64,000 nt of DNA from Eledone cirrhosa (lineage: Eukaryota): assembly GCA_964016885.1 (NCBI GenBank), contig OZ024742.1, positions 299,770,001 to 299,834,000 on the forward strand, given 5' to 3'. The notes beneath the pieces were generated by a model. That model was not told the DNA's origin, did not search any database, and saw only the letters and a list, made by a program, of their open reading frames with translations. Positions 26,156-39,767 of the stretch are shown in pieces. The stretch's first letter is position 1. Every line of letters begins with the position of its first letter. Made by a program: the position numbers and the translations under genes.

Positions 26156-26840
26156 TTTTAATATATATATATTTATGTGTATTTGGTGTATACATTCGTA
26201 TGTGTGCGGGTACAGGTGTTGTGTGGATTCTGTATGTGCGTGCGGGTTTGTTTGTTTTTTTGTGTGTACGTGCTTGTATTTGTATACCTATGACGAGTGT
26301 TTTCGCGTATGCTTGTGTTTATACGTATATGGATGCGTATTTATTTAATTTCAATTACCTCTGTATTTTATTTACTTTATTCTTAACTCTGAAGCCGAGA
26401 ATCATTCGGTTTCCTAGTTAGAATTTTAGTCTACGACTTCAGCTATACCATTTGCGTGGTTTTGTCTTTGCGCGCAATTGTTCTCCCCGATCCACATAAT
26501 GACGTATTATCTTCGTTTTTTTCCGTTCATTGCCAAAGAATGTCTCCATGAACCACCTAATAGAATATTAGTCTACGACTTCTTTTATACCATAAACGTG
26601 GTTTTGCGTGTAATTGTTTTTCATCGCTCCAAATAATGACGTATTATCTCCGTTTTTTCCCGTTCTTTGCCAGGGAGCGTTTCCACGAACCAAAGTATCG
26701 TCTTCCTGTCTTCCTCCGGTTGCAACGTTTTTTGAAATATTTACTTCTGCGTTCACAGATTGACTTTTTTAGTTTCAGAAGATCCTTTTAAGGGTGAAAG
26801 CAGCGATTCTTTGCTTAAACTTTAATCTGTTATTTTAATA
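25527..26840 (+). mobile_element. 5'-truncated Penelope-like element: inverted tail, GIY-YIG C-terminus, 3' UTR with hammerhead, TA tail
   Basis: From 25568 it reads RLKDNHTQYKLHWEILAKARSYNGNKGPCDLC, similar to the EN at 63569. 25527-25553 is an inverted copy of the 3' tail at about 26815-26840. Confidence 0.7.
26771..26821 (+). ncRNA. Hammerhead-like motif with CAGAAGA core
   Basis: AGTTT-CAGAAGA-TCCTTTTAAGGGT-GAAA-GCAGcgattctTTGC-TT-AAACT. Confidence 0.65.
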
Positions 26841-27238
26841 AATATATGAAATTTGAAAAGGGAAGTAAGGTTCTATACAAAACAGTGGTCCGAATTTGTA
26901 TAGTTTTATATATTTTACAGTCTCCTTCTCAACAAGGAAGATGAAAAAAACTTACCTTAACACTTTTAAATCTTTAATTTTTAGTTTTTAATCCTTATTA
27001 ATTATTTTTAATTGTAATACTCAAGATTTGATAAGATAGATTTTACTAATACATCGAAACCGGTAATACTTTATATACTTTATATACATTATAAAACTCT
27101 TTTTCTAAAAGAATTGTTCCTCTAATTTTTTCAATAATGCCACTTTGACGAATCAAAGAAAAAGGAATAAAAGAAAAACAGACCCTAAAATATATTTTCA
27201 GTGCTATTTCCAATCTCACCTTTTCTCTCTCTCTCTCC

Positions 27239-27286
<48 letters not shown>

Positions 27287-27287
27287 A

Positions 27288-27379
<92 letters not shown>

Positions 27380-27400
27380 TATATATATATATATATATAT

Positions 27401-30400
27401 CAATCTAGCTAACTTGGTCATTTGCAATGCAAACACATGTATACTTGTATCAGTGTTTATCCCTATCATATATTCATTTGTATTACACGGCTCAGAAATA
27501 TTCCTTTCTTTGAGCTATTTAATTGTAAAAGACTATTGGAGTTTATAACTCTATATATAATATTCTCGGCTCCATGCGTTGAGCTAATTTTTAGTCCCAT
27601 AAAACCGGCTGCTATTTTTAGCGACACGAGTATAGGACGTGCTAGACACTGTGACACATGTGCGTTCAACAACACATTTCTCTCAGTCTTCCTAAGTATT
27701 TTGAAGTGAAACTTACCAATTTCTGGATACCTGCAGAAGAGCACAGGAATAGGAAATTTCACTTAATTGTTGCGAAACAAATTTAAAATTTGTCCAGGTA
27801 TCACGGCTATTGCCAATATAGGTTTGTTTTTATTGATTTACTAGCAGTAAAGCCCGGCGTTGCTCGGGGTCGCTCAGTAGCTGTGTTAAAGTTACAATGT
27901 TAAGTTTCTTTTTTGGCTTAAAAACTGTAGGCTCAATGTACAAGTATAGCAATTTCGTCAGAGATTCTAAGAGGAGATGTGTGCCAAAAATCGATAGACA
28001 GACAGACAACCAAGCCAGCGTAATTTTTTTAATTTTTGCACGCAGAAAATGTAAACAGAACGTAAGACGCTCAATGTAAACAGAACAAAGGGAAATAACT
28101 CGTCACTTACGCTCAAAAATCGATACATTAGATTCGATTTCGTCACATAGGGTGGGTCAATTTGAAATATTTTTTTCCGATGTCTTCGCTAGGGCTCAAT
28201 GTACAAGTATAGCAATTTCGGTGCAATTCCGTCAGAGATTCTAAGAGGAGATGTGTGCCAAAAATCGATAGACAGACAGACAACCACAGTTTTATATATA
28301 TAGATTACTAGCAGTAAAGCCCGGCGTTGCTCGGGGTCGCTCAGTAGCTGTGTTAAAGTTACAATGTTAAGTTTCTTTTTTGGCTTAAAAACTGTAGTGT
28401 CTACTGTGCAGACTTGCATGTGGTGTTTTTGATTAATATTCCCTCAACCAACAATATGCCTTATGAAGTTAAGAAAACATAACGATAACCCGAATTAAAG
28501 TAAATTCAGCCTTATAAGACCGTAAAATTAATTTAAACGTTTAATAGGGAAAGTTTGCTAACCGTCGTAATAAAAAAATAAATATCAATAACTTACGAAG
28601 TAATGAACTCGCCGAACTTTTAAAGCGTTGTAGCATACAAAGGCAGTACAGTGCAAATGAAGCTATTAAACAAACTGGAGATTCCAATTCACTCTACTAA
28701 AGATTTACTTAATCGTCTGCACATTCGCTAATCGTCTGCTCATTCCATAAAAGGGAAATAATCGCCTATATCACCTCTCTGCATGACTGTCTGTCTGCAC
28801 GCCTATATCACCTCTCTGCACGACCGTCTGTCTGCACGCGTATATCACCTCTCTGCACGACTGTCTGTCTGCACGACTGTCTGTCTGCACGCCTAACGAA
28901 ATTTACAGATACATATATTTTAAATAAACTTATATAATTTTTGCTTTTTTTTACGAAATATTTGCTTGTTTTACGTAGTCTTTAAATAGACTTGTTTTCA
29001 AGTAAAAATATTGTTTTAAAAGGCTTTTAAATGGAAATGAAGCAAAACGGAAGCTTAGTGTTCGAACTGATGAATTTTGCAGGTCAATATTTTGCTGGCT
29101 CGACAACTGTTCGTGTATTGTGTTAATGTCATTTTAAACGCTGAGAAAGCCAGCGTAATTTTTTAAAATTTTGCCAGCGTAATTTTTTTAATTTTTGCAC
29201 GCAGAAAATGTAAACAGAACGCAAGACGCTACGCTGAATGTAAACAGAACAAAGGGAAATCATTTTTTTTATTTTTGCACGCAGAAAATGTAAAGAGAAC
29301 GTAAGACGCTACGCTGAATGTAAACAGAACAAAGGGAAATAACTGATCACTTACGCTCAAAAATCGATACATTATATTCGATTTCGTCAGATAGGGCGGG
29401 TCAATTTGAAATATTTTTTTTCCGACGTCTTCGCTAGGGCTCAATGTACAAGTATAGCAATTTCGGTGCAATTCCGTGAGAGATTCTAAGAGGAGATGTG
29501 TGCCAAAAATCGATAGACAGACAGACAACCTCAGTTTTATATATATAGATTACTAGCAGTAAAGCCCGGCGTTGCTCGGGGTCGCTCAGTAGCTGTGTTA
29601 AAGTTACAATGTTAAGTTTCTTTCTTGGCTTAAAAACTGTAGTGTCTACTGTGCAGACTTGCATGTGGTGTTTTTGATTAATATTCCCTCAACCAACAAT
29701 ATGCCTTATGAAGTTAAAAAAACATAACGATAACCCGAATGTTATAACAAAAGAGGATGCTGGGGATAGAAACTGCACTGGTTATTTATTAACAAAGATC
29801 GAAAATGTAAACACTGCAACGCAGAGAAAAACATTAGCGTAACCAAATTATCAGTTATGTCTGTCTGCACGCCTATATCACCTCTCTGCACGACTGTCTG
29901 TCTGCACGCCTATATCACCTCTCTGCACGACTGTCTGTCTGCACGCGTATATCACCTCTCTGCACGACTGTCTGCACGACTGTCTGTCTGCACGCCTAAC
30001 GGCGAAATATTTGCTTGTTTTACGTAGTCTTTAAATAGACTTGTTTTCAAGTAAAAATATTGTTTTAAAATGCTTTTAAATGGAAATGAAGCAAAACGGA
30101 AGCTTAGTGTTCGAACTGATGAATTTTGCAGGTCAATATTTTGCTAGCTCGACAACTGTTAAAGCCAGCGTAATTTTTTACGTAAGACGCTCAATGTAAA
30201 CAGAACAAAGGGAAATAACTGATAACTTACGCTCAAAAATCGATACATTATATTCGATTTCGTCACATAGGGTGGGTCAATTTGAAATATTTTTTTTCCG
30301 ATGTCTTCGCTAGGGCTCAATGTACAAGTATAGCAATTTCGGTGCAATTCCGTGAGAGATTCTAAGAGGAGATGTGTGCCAAAAATCGATAGACAGACAG

Positions 30401-30637
30401 ACAACCACAGTTTTATATATATAGATTATTTTAAATCGAGACAGGCAAACCGTATTATTTTAATTAGTATTTTTCAATCTAGCTAACTTGGTCATTTGCA
30501 ATGCAAACACATGTATACTTGTATCAGTGTTTATCCCTATCATATATTCATTTGTATTACACGACTCAGAAATATTCCTTTCTTTGAGCTATTTAATTGT
30601 AAAAGACTATTGGAGTTTATAACTCTATATATAATAT
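27401..30637 (+). mobile_element. Terminally redundant mini-element (163-bp direct repeats) in (TA)n, interrupted by a Helitron array
   Basis: 27401-27563 is nearly identical to 30475-30637. The unit is 489 bp once 27841-30425 is removed. Confidence 0.65.
27841..30425 (-). mobile_element. Head-to-tail array of three non-autonomous Helitrons (27841-28304, 28308-29549, 29553-30425)
   Basis: Each minus-strand unit starts A|TCTATATATATAAAACTG and ends CCCGAGCAACGCCGGG-CTTTACTG-CTAG|T. An internal minisatellite of about 37 bp (CGCCTATATCACCTCTCTGCACGACTGTCTGTCTGCA) occurs in units 2 and 3. Confidence 0.85.
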
Positions 30638-30648
30638 ATATATATATG

Positions 30649-30699
30649 AATTTTTTGCTTAAACTTTAATCTGTGCTAATATTGAATATTTGCTCTGAG

Positions 30700-30743
<44 letters not shown>

Positions 30744-30794
30744 CTCAGAGAAAATATTCAATATTTGCACAGATTAAAGTTTAAGCAAAAAATT
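30649..30794. repeat. (TA)n-centred inverted repeat of a PLE-type tail
   Basis: TTTTTTGCTTAAACTTTAATCTGTGC...CTGAGGGTA-(TA)n-TACCCTCAG...GCACAGATTAAAGTTTAAGCAAAAAA, related to the 26800-26830 tail. Confidence 0.85.
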
Positions 30795-31798
30795 TCTGCT
30801 TTCACCCTGTTTAATTTATTTGAATGCCGTAATGTATTGATTATTTTATTCTGCTGTCGAGAGACAGTGCGACCGTTTACATATGTACGATTCTAGCCCT
30901 CTGTTTTCTACGTAACTTGTGTGTTATCTATGTTGTTTTGTGTTATCTTACAGAGATTTCTTCGAGAGGATGAGAATTTTTTTCCTTCTATTACCTGACT
31001 TCCTGGAAAGGACCATTGAAACCGTCTGTAATCAAGTTGAAACTATTCAGTGTCTATTCCAGTTTGACGGGTGGCTGTCGTATTAGATCGCGTTTCAGTT
31101 CTTTCGTGTAGATATTTTGGGAATATATATTATTTACGGTAGCGCACAAAGACCTTTGTTCCGCCTAATAAAATGATATTTTCACTGACATTCCTCTCTG
31201 GCAGTTCTCTCACTCCCCCTCTCTCTCTCTATCTATCTATCTCTTTCTCCCCCCCCCCTCTCTCTTTCTCTCACCCTCTCTCTTTCATCTCTTTCCTCTC
31301 ATTTTCCATTACACATATCCCACAATTCTCCTTCCGATATCTCCTTTAATTTCCGTTTGTCCTCACCATCATTCTGTTTTTACTTATATATACGTTTCTT
31401 AGGCTGGCCTCTCTACTCTAGTTTAATTGTTTTCAGACGAATGTCTTCCATATTTCTTCCTAGTGTTACTATCTTGCACTACCATCCTATGCTCGTTGTA
31501 CCTGTTTCTAGTTTTCATTTTAATGTTTAATTCATTTTGTTGCCTTAGTGTGTTATTTTATTCTGTTGTCAATCGGGAGACATTGGAATCGTTTATTTTT
31601 CCTACATCTACATTGTATCGTATTCTCGTAAATACATCTCTTCCAGAGGCTGGCAAATGTTAGCCTTTTATCTTTCGACGTCCTGGGACAGACTGTTGAC
31701 AGCGTCTATAATCAAGTTGAAATCACACTGCAACCATTCTAGTTTGACAGCTGACACGTATTTATTTGCTTTTCCGTTCCTTCGATCTGATATTTTGT

Positions 31799-31840
<42 letters not shown>

Positions 31841-31881
31841 ATATTTCACATGCACTGATAAATATTCAGTCTCGCAATTAT

Positions 31882-31931
<50 letters not shown>

Positions 31932-31983
31932 TTTCTGAATTTGTTTAGCAAGATTCTTTATCTGAAATCGTGTGTTGAAACCG

Positions 31984-32084
31984 ATATTGTTATACTTTGG
32001 GAGGGTCATGTTGCCAATAAGAAACACACGCACCAGTGGTGCGTGTGTTTCTTATTGGCAACATGACCCTCCCAAAGTATAACA

Positions 32085-32088
<4 letters not shown>
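31984..32088. repeat. Perfect palindrome (52-bp arms, 1-nt centre) ending at (TA)n
   Basis: Centred on 32036. A single-arm relative at about 4910-4958 also ends in (TA)n. Confidence 0.95.
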
Positions 32089-32147
<59 letters not shown>

Positions 32148-35100
32148 AGAGAGAGGATGGATGTGTGTGTAACAGTGTTTGGGTTTACAAGCATGAGAAA
32201 AGAGTACTTAATATTAAAAGTAGAGAAATCTCATCAATATAATAGATACATAATTCTCGCTGAGTTTCACAGTTTTGCATAATCAGCGGTAATCCGTGAA
32301 ACTCAGAGTAGCAACAGATGAAAATCTCAGTAATATATATGCAGAAATATTATACATATCATTATCACGTCATTATATTAAATACGCATCTCAAAGAATT
32401 ATATTTGTGTGTATTTCTTATCATTGTCTTATTACACAATCCTATTATATATAATAACCATTCTATTAATCTAACGCGTTCTCAAATCACAAGGAGCCAG
32501 CTTATTCCCTACAGCTAGGTGGACTAAAGCATTATTGATGTGATAGCAAACCTGTCTAGAATTACATACAGCATATTTAAACTTTTGACCCATTAACCAA
32601 TTCTTCATCATATCAGCTACTTGCAAACAAAGGAACGAATCCAAAGTATAGACATTTATTTTGAAGAAGAAAGTATGTAAAGAAAGAATTGTTCTTCGAT
32701 AAGTGAAAATGTTTGACAAAGGGTCATGGCTATATTGATCGTTTAGAGTTTGTTGGAGAAATTATCGAACTTTACTCTCAATGAAAATAAGTCGGATGAA
32801 TTCATTACTGCCAAAACCAGAGCTTTTCAGCAAAATAGGTAATTTTTCTTAAACAAGATGTTGCCAGTATTTATTAGATATGACCTGCATTTTCTTGTAT
32901 ATTTACGGCAGAGCTGTTCTGTTTGAAAACTGGTCGCAGGTGGCGGATACAGCCACCAAATATGATAGTTTATTGTAATATAAGCCGGCACTTGCCGGAC
33001 GAAAAGCAATTCCGGATCAACAGCGATAAACTACTACGGAAGATAGAGCAACGGCTGACACCTGTCCTTTCCTATAAATCAATGTTTGGCAAGTGATCGG
33101 AATATTTGATAACGAATAGCACATATTTTAAATGTGTTAATACTGTTCCCCTTTTCCACGATAACATACGATTTGCGGCTATAGACGTATACAGGGGTAC
33201 ATGCAACATTAATGATCTGAAACTTCATTCTTATCAGTTTATTTTTGCTTTCCCAGATCTTCTCAAGTTTCCCCGAGAGCACTCCATATTAGAGATCATT
33301 TTCCCTTCAGGTCACCTTCTCGGATCGGTATCGTTGATATACGATATTGAAAAAACGTTCACATTATTGATTTCATTTCATATATTTGAAAGGAGTACTT
33401 AGCAGAATTTATCAAGAGGGACTCTTTTTTCAGTATTAATAAGGCCAAGATCTCGAGTCGCAAAATCCAAATGTGTCCTACTTTGCTTACGATAGTGTGT
33501 AATATGACGGAGATTTTGCTATTATTTCTAGTATGACGATTTCAATTCTTTAATTATTTCCACCTTTCTATTGGAATGGGCCTCCGTCAGTTTTGACGAT
33601 GAGCCTTACTGTTGTTTGATTGACGAGAAATTAACGAGAAATTAACGTATACATGGTATAGCATTCCACAGACATCCATAACTTTAATGTAACTTTCAGA
33701 GATATTCAGCGTGGCACCGTGATGGACAAGGCTGGCTTTTTGAATTACAGGTACAGTTCATCCGACGAACTTCAACACAATTTTCGTCTACCCAACTTCA
33801 CTGGACGGTATGGTAAATGACATTTGCTCAAGATGCCATGCAGTGAGATCGAACCTGGGACTTAGTGGGTACGAAGCTCACTTCTTAATCGTAGCTGTGT
33901 CTATTTAGTTAAGTATAAATAGACAGAAACCCAATCACTTGTAATATATGTCTCGACATCTCTTAATATTCACTCTAGTATTTATTTTTTTACTTCAATA
34001 CCCCCACCTCCCCCACCCAACGTCGAGTTCTGATGAAACATTCCCTATCTACTTCAGATTTGAGCTTGATCTTAGTTTGAAAGCTACTACAGTTTCTCAC
34101 GAAAAAAAATCTATCTATCATAGTAGACTTATTGATTAACTATAGCGATCGATCACCTGTTTAACTAGATGTAATAATTTTTATGTTTACTTATTCTTTC
34201 CGAATGTTTAAAAATTATCAATTAAGTGATCGATGTTTTAATTTCAGCGAGATTTTTTTCATGTGTAGGCACGCGGCTTAGTAGTTAGGGAGTTTGGCTC
34301 TACATCAAATGGCCATCCGTTCGGTTCCTGGTGACGCATTTTACCCTTGAGTTTCACGTTAAACTCAAAAGACTAACCTTGTCACGCACTGTGTGACACT
34401 CAATCTCCCTAAAGACTACGTTAAAGGTACACGTGTCTGTGAAATACCCATCCATTTGTTCGTTAATTTTATGAGCATGTTGTTCCATTGATCAAACAAC
34501 TGTAATACTCGTCGTCGGAAGCGACGAAAGTCCTACAGTTTTTCATACATGGTCATTTTCGTAGTTTTCGGGTTCAGTCGAATTGCGTTATATCTTCAAC
34601 AAATGTTCCCTATTATAGCCTCGGGTTGACCAGTATCATTAGTGATGTGAATGACCGATTAAAAGAGCACCATTTCTATATTTCTGTCTAGGACGTATAA
34701 CTAATGCTATCATATTCTTCATTTTGGTATGAAAGTATTACTTTAGGTTTCATGCGCGGAGAATGGAGCTACATTATATATATTATATTCCATTTAACTG
34801 ACTTAGTCGTAAAGCAAATTAATCAGTAAACTAATTCCTCAAATAACGACCATGTTTCGCTCCAAAGATCTAATTGTAAAATAACTTTAGATATAGTAAT
34901 GTAACGCGACGAATGATAGACACCGTTAGACCATGGAAAGTTGCCAAGAATTAATTTCATATTAAATGCTTCAAATGACCAGACTTGTCACATACTCTGT
35001 CACGTTCAATCTCCCTCAGAAATGCGTTTAAGGGTATACCTCATCGCCCAAAATAGATATGGTAAAACCTACGAGTATTTAAGCCGAACTTAACCCTCTG

Positions 35101-35530
35101 TTTGCGCTTACTCTTCTCACTCTGCTGGTCTGAGACGACTTACCGTAGCAGTCGCTGATTAATAAGGCACTGCTCCAGCCAGGCCATGGCGTCCAGATTG
35201 GTAAATCTGCCAGATATCAAGGTGATATATTTTCTTAAGTCACTGCCTGGTACACACGCATTCAATTTACCTCATAAAATCTACTACATCCAAACACATT
35301 AACCAAATACTATATTTCATCCTTATAACTGCTAGTCTTTGTTATTCCAAACTTGTAACTATCCCTGTGTGTTGTTATTTGTCACATGAATTTGTATGAA
35401 CCTTCTGGAACGTCACCCATTGACATCGTTGTCATTCCAAGCAATCATATTTCTTAATTGATGCGTTCTTCCTTCAACGCCTCATGCCTTCTACACCAAC
35501 ACACACACACACACACACGCACACACGCAC

Positions 35531-35613
<83 letters not shown>

Positions 35614-35713
35614 GAGAACTAATTTCGCATCATATCTATATTATGTATATATATATATATGTGTGTGTGGGAGGGATCATGGATAGAATGCAAAAACCAA
35701 TGAGGGTGAGAAA

Positions 35714-35781
<68 letters not shown>

Positions 35782-36432
35782 ACGATGGAACTGGTAAACG
35801 AAAACAAGACGGGATATGGTACAAATTGAGAAAATTAGTTTAATGCTCATGAGAAGTGTTAAGTATAACATTTTGGGCTTCGCCCTTCGTCGGAATCATA
35901 AGAATGGTTTAAGAAAAGACGCGGAAAATAAAAGAAAGAAAAGTTGTGGCAGGATTTCTCGCGCGTTCTAAAGGTAAACCTATTGGAGGAGAGGTGTATA
36001 GGGAAGTGATATACACATGTGTGTGTTTGTGTGCATACGCTGGATCTTCGTTGGTTCCAGTGACGAATGTTCCAGTAGTTTGAACAACAGAAAAGCCTGC
36101 TCGTGAAATCAACGTAGTACTTACCATAACGTAGTACTTAGGGAGATTCAACTTAACACAATACGTGACAAGATTGGCCCCTTGAATTACAGGTGTACAA
36201 CATTCTTCCAGGTGAGTAAACTGGGGCAAAGTGAAATAAAGTGTCTTGTTCAATAACACAACGCTCCATGTGTGTGTTTGTATGTATATATTAATATATA
36301 AGCAAAGGGGTATTTAATTTGTTGGTAATTCAACAAATATATTTATAACAGATTCGAAGCACTCGACAGATTTTTCTGGAGTATAACATCAATGATATTA
36401 ATAAATGGAAACTATATTTATAAAACCTTATT

Positions 36433-36493
36433 TATTCTATTATATATATTTCAAGGGTACCAAAACTTTGGTACGTTCTCATCAGATAAAATA
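36433..36493 (-). ncRNA. Minimal hammerhead ribozyme motif (left arm of palindrome 36388-36726)
   Basis: Minus strand: UAUUUUAU-CUGAUGA-GAACGUACCAAAGUUUUGGUACCCUU-GAAA-UAUAUA-UA-AUAGAAUA. Confidence 0.8.
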
Positions 36494-36620
36494 CAAAGTT
36501 TGTTTTATAAATATTGACATATCCAGGAATGAGACCTTAACGGTTCAAGACTATCAAGGTAAAACTTGAACCGTTAAGTTCTTCTTCCTGGTTATGTTTA
36601 TATTTATAAAACAAACTTTG

Positions 36621-36681
36621 TATTTTATCTGATGAGGGCGTACCAAAGTTTTGGTACCCTTGAAATATATATAATAGAATA
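36621..36681 (+). ncRNA. Minimal hammerhead ribozyme motif (right arm)
   Basis: TATTTTAT-CTGATGA-GGGCGTACCAAAGTTTTGGTACCCTT-GAAA-TATATA-TA-ATAGAATA, with an 8-bp stem I. Confidence 0.85.
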
Positions 36682-36800
36682 AATATGGTTTTATAAATAT
36701 AGTTTTCATTTATTAATATCATTGATATTACATATATATGTATGTATATATATTATATATATATATTTATATATGTATATATATATATATATATATGTGT

Positions 36801-36879
<79 letters not shown>

Positions 36880-36906
36880 ATATATGTATATATATATATA
36901 TATGTT

Positions 36907-36956
<50 letters not shown>

Positions 36957-37607
36957 CCTCGGAAATGGCTTACTAACTGTTGTGGAACTATATGTATGTG
37001 TATATATATATTTATATTATATATAGAGAAAGAGAGGGGGGGCGGAGAGGAGAATATGTAAGAGAGAAATGACAGACAGACAGAGAATTCATACTTATAC
37101 GTCATATGCAGTGAGAAACGTAACACAATGGTGGTAAACCATCGGAATTTCCGGTTACCTTGGAAACTACGACCGCCATTAATTTTAGCAAGACTGGCAA
37201 TTGGTAGTTGGTGTGTGATGTGGAGGTAGAGAGGGATAGAGTATGATAGAATGGCAAGAGAGAGAGAGAGAGGGGGGGAGGTTGTGAGGAAAGAGAGAGA
37301 GAGAGAGAGAGAGGGAGGTTGTGAGGAAAGAGAGAGGGAGAGAGAGATGAAGACGAAGGAAAACGAAAACAGAGAAAGGCAGAGGGAACGAGATATGAAC
37401 AGGGACACATGTATACATACAGACACACACTCACACACACAGACACACACTCATACACACAGACACACACTCACACACATGTGCACACGTGCAGCACGCA
37501 CACAGAGAAAAATGAAGATATGCAATTACATGTGCACACACATACACACACGTATAACCACACACATCCCCACTCACATATATTATATGTGTATGTATGA
37601 ATGTATG

Positions 37608-37685
<78 letters not shown>

Positions 37686-37747
37686 AATGTATATATATAT
37701 ATATAAGTGTGTGTATGAATGTATGTGTATATATATATATATATATA

Positions 37748-37820
37748 CTAGCTGAGCTACCCAGCTTTGCCAAGGTTACGGCAGAAAAGAAAACGTCTGT
37801 ATTGAATGCATCGTCTTGTT

Positions 37821-37854
<34 letters not shown>

Positions 37855-38780
37855 GTGTGAGTGTTCGTGTGTGTATATATATGTGTGTGCCTGTGTGAGT
37901 GTGAGTGTGTGGACGTGTGCGTGTGTAAACCACCATTGGAATCGGAGATATAGCCCGCGAAACACGATCATCACTGACAACGAACTCGCAGAGAGAATCC
38001 CTTATGGTTGATTCCCAACCTGCTAGAAATAGCACTCAGGCTGGTTACCATACGTGGTATGTCTTTCTTCTTCTTTGGTGTTATAAAATTAGTATCAATA
38101 AACTTTCCTGGATATACTCTTATCCCAATTCTGTACATACTTTCCGATTGTCACTTTTCGTTTTTTTCGTGTGATATCGAAGGAACCAACCAACAAACAT
38201 CTCTCTTTTATATCTCTTTTATTTGTTCATTCAAAATATTTTTCAGCTAATTCTGTCGTACAATATACATCAGCAACCGTTAGATAATGTTTAAAACATA
38301 TGATTAGCTGTAATATATGCACCATATCAATCAAAAACGATATGAGAATTGAATACCATACTAAAGCGCCAGTAAGCTTGCTAAGAATCTGCAGATAGAT
38401 ACATTTGGCTTGGGTAAACTTTAAGATGTTCTTTCATTGTAGGTTTCTTTTCTCAGCCAGTACGTTAAAGAAAATTGATAGTTACAACACTAAAGGTTGT
38501 ACAGGGAATACAATTTTTAACAAACTTTACAATAATTTGTACAACCATAATGGAAATTCCAAGTAACAGGAAATACATAAATTACATTGTTAGAGCCTCA
38601 GAGTATACAATATTTTTTGTTCAGCCCTCAGGAGCAAAGATGAAGAGATTGTTTGGCGAGCTCACCCTAGAGCATCCTACATACAATTAACCATGGGAGA
38701 AGCATGGTTTTCCCAGATGAAGGCTAGCCACTTTTAGGGTTTGACCGAGCTTTGTTGATGGTAATCGCGAAGCTTAGTCT
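37748..38780 (-). mobile_element. Helitron 3' remnant with decayed PIF1-type helicase C-terminus (38582-38780)
   Basis: Minus strand reads RLSFAITINKA/GQTLKVASLHLGKPCFSHG*LYVGCSRV..LFIFAPEG*TKNIVYSEAL. A hairpin plus CTAG|T lies at 37748, and its linkage to the helicase is inferred. Confidence 0.8.
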
Positions 38781-38995
38781 CTCTGTTGCTCTAGTAACAT
38801 TTTTTCTTCTGGAAAATCTGATCTTGCAGCCAGGCTGGGACTTTGTGGGTGGCATATCGGCAGTAACAATGATGATAAACCGTCTGTGCTTTCGTGAAAT
38901 AAATATGTTTGTTTATATTTTGTTTTTGTGTATGCAAAAATATCAGTACACGAATATATAATTATATATATATATATATTAAAATAACAGATTAA

Positions 38996-39046
38996 AGTTT
39001 AAGCAAAGAATCGCTGCTTTCACCCTTAACGGGATCTTCTGAAACT
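38996..39046 (-). ncRNA. Hammerhead-like motif with CAGAAGA core
   Basis: Reverse complement of 42479-42529, within PLE-type tail 38978-39100. Confidence 0.65.
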
Positions 39047-39108
39047 AAAGAAATCAATCTGTGAACGCAGAAGTAAATATTTCGAAAAACGTTGCAACCG
39101 TATGAACG

Positions 39109-39188
<80 letters not shown>

Positions 39189-39268
39189 GTGCGAGTGTTG
39201 TTTGATGGTACTAATACTGATGGTGATAGTGTGTGGTATATATGTGTGCGAGTGTGTATGAATGTATG

Positions 39269-39410
<142 letters not shown>

Positions 39411-39533
39411 GGAGGTGAGTTTTATTGTAGTACAATAAAGCAATGCAGATATCGGATAAGAAGCACTCTACAGTTTGTAGGACTGGAGTATACATAATAT
39501 AAGATCAAAAGATGGTTAAAGGAGTTCCATGTA

Positions 39534-39600
39534 TTTTATTATGCGCATTTCAAAAACAAACATCATCATGCAATAATATTTGTGTTTTCATCAGATAAAA
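39534..39600 (-). ncRNA. Minimal hammerhead ribozyme motif (left arm of palindrome 39494-39807)
   Basis: Exact reverse complement of 39701-39767. Confidence 0.85.
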
Positions 39601-39700
39601 CAGGAGAACATGATATGAAGGCTAAAAAACACTTGTGGATAGTTGATTTAAAACTGCACTATCCACAAGTGTTTTTTAGCCTTCATATCATGTTCTCCTG

Positions 39701-39767
39701 TTTTATCTGATGAAAACACAAATATTATTGCATGATGATGTTTGTTTTTGAAATGCGCATAATAAAA
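39701..39767 (+). ncRNA. Minimal hammerhead ribozyme motif (right arm)
   Basis: TTTTAT-CTGATGA-[16-bp stem II with G-U pairs and one C-U mismatch]-GAAA-TGCGCA-TA-ATAAAA, with palindromic stem III. Confidence 0.85.

Noticed and set aside
27023-27071. Possible decayed hammerhead (TTGATAA-GAT..ATC-GAAA-CCGG-TA-ATACTT)
   Set aside because: Two core substitutions and an imperfect stem I make it too degenerate to call.
28780-28895. Repeats of about 37 bp resembling a CRISPR array
   Set aside because: They are contiguous minisatellite units without unique spacers, inside a Helitron, with no cas genes and in a eukaryotic context.
29067-29095. CTGATGA boxes at about 29067, 30116, 34030 and 47263
   Set aside because: No stem II plus GAAA plus UH plus stem I arrangement follows, so they are treated as chance heptamers.
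36388-36726. Arm differences as a fossil ADAR (A-to-G) signature
   Set aside because: Only two adjacent A/G differences are present; the others are A/T and C/T.
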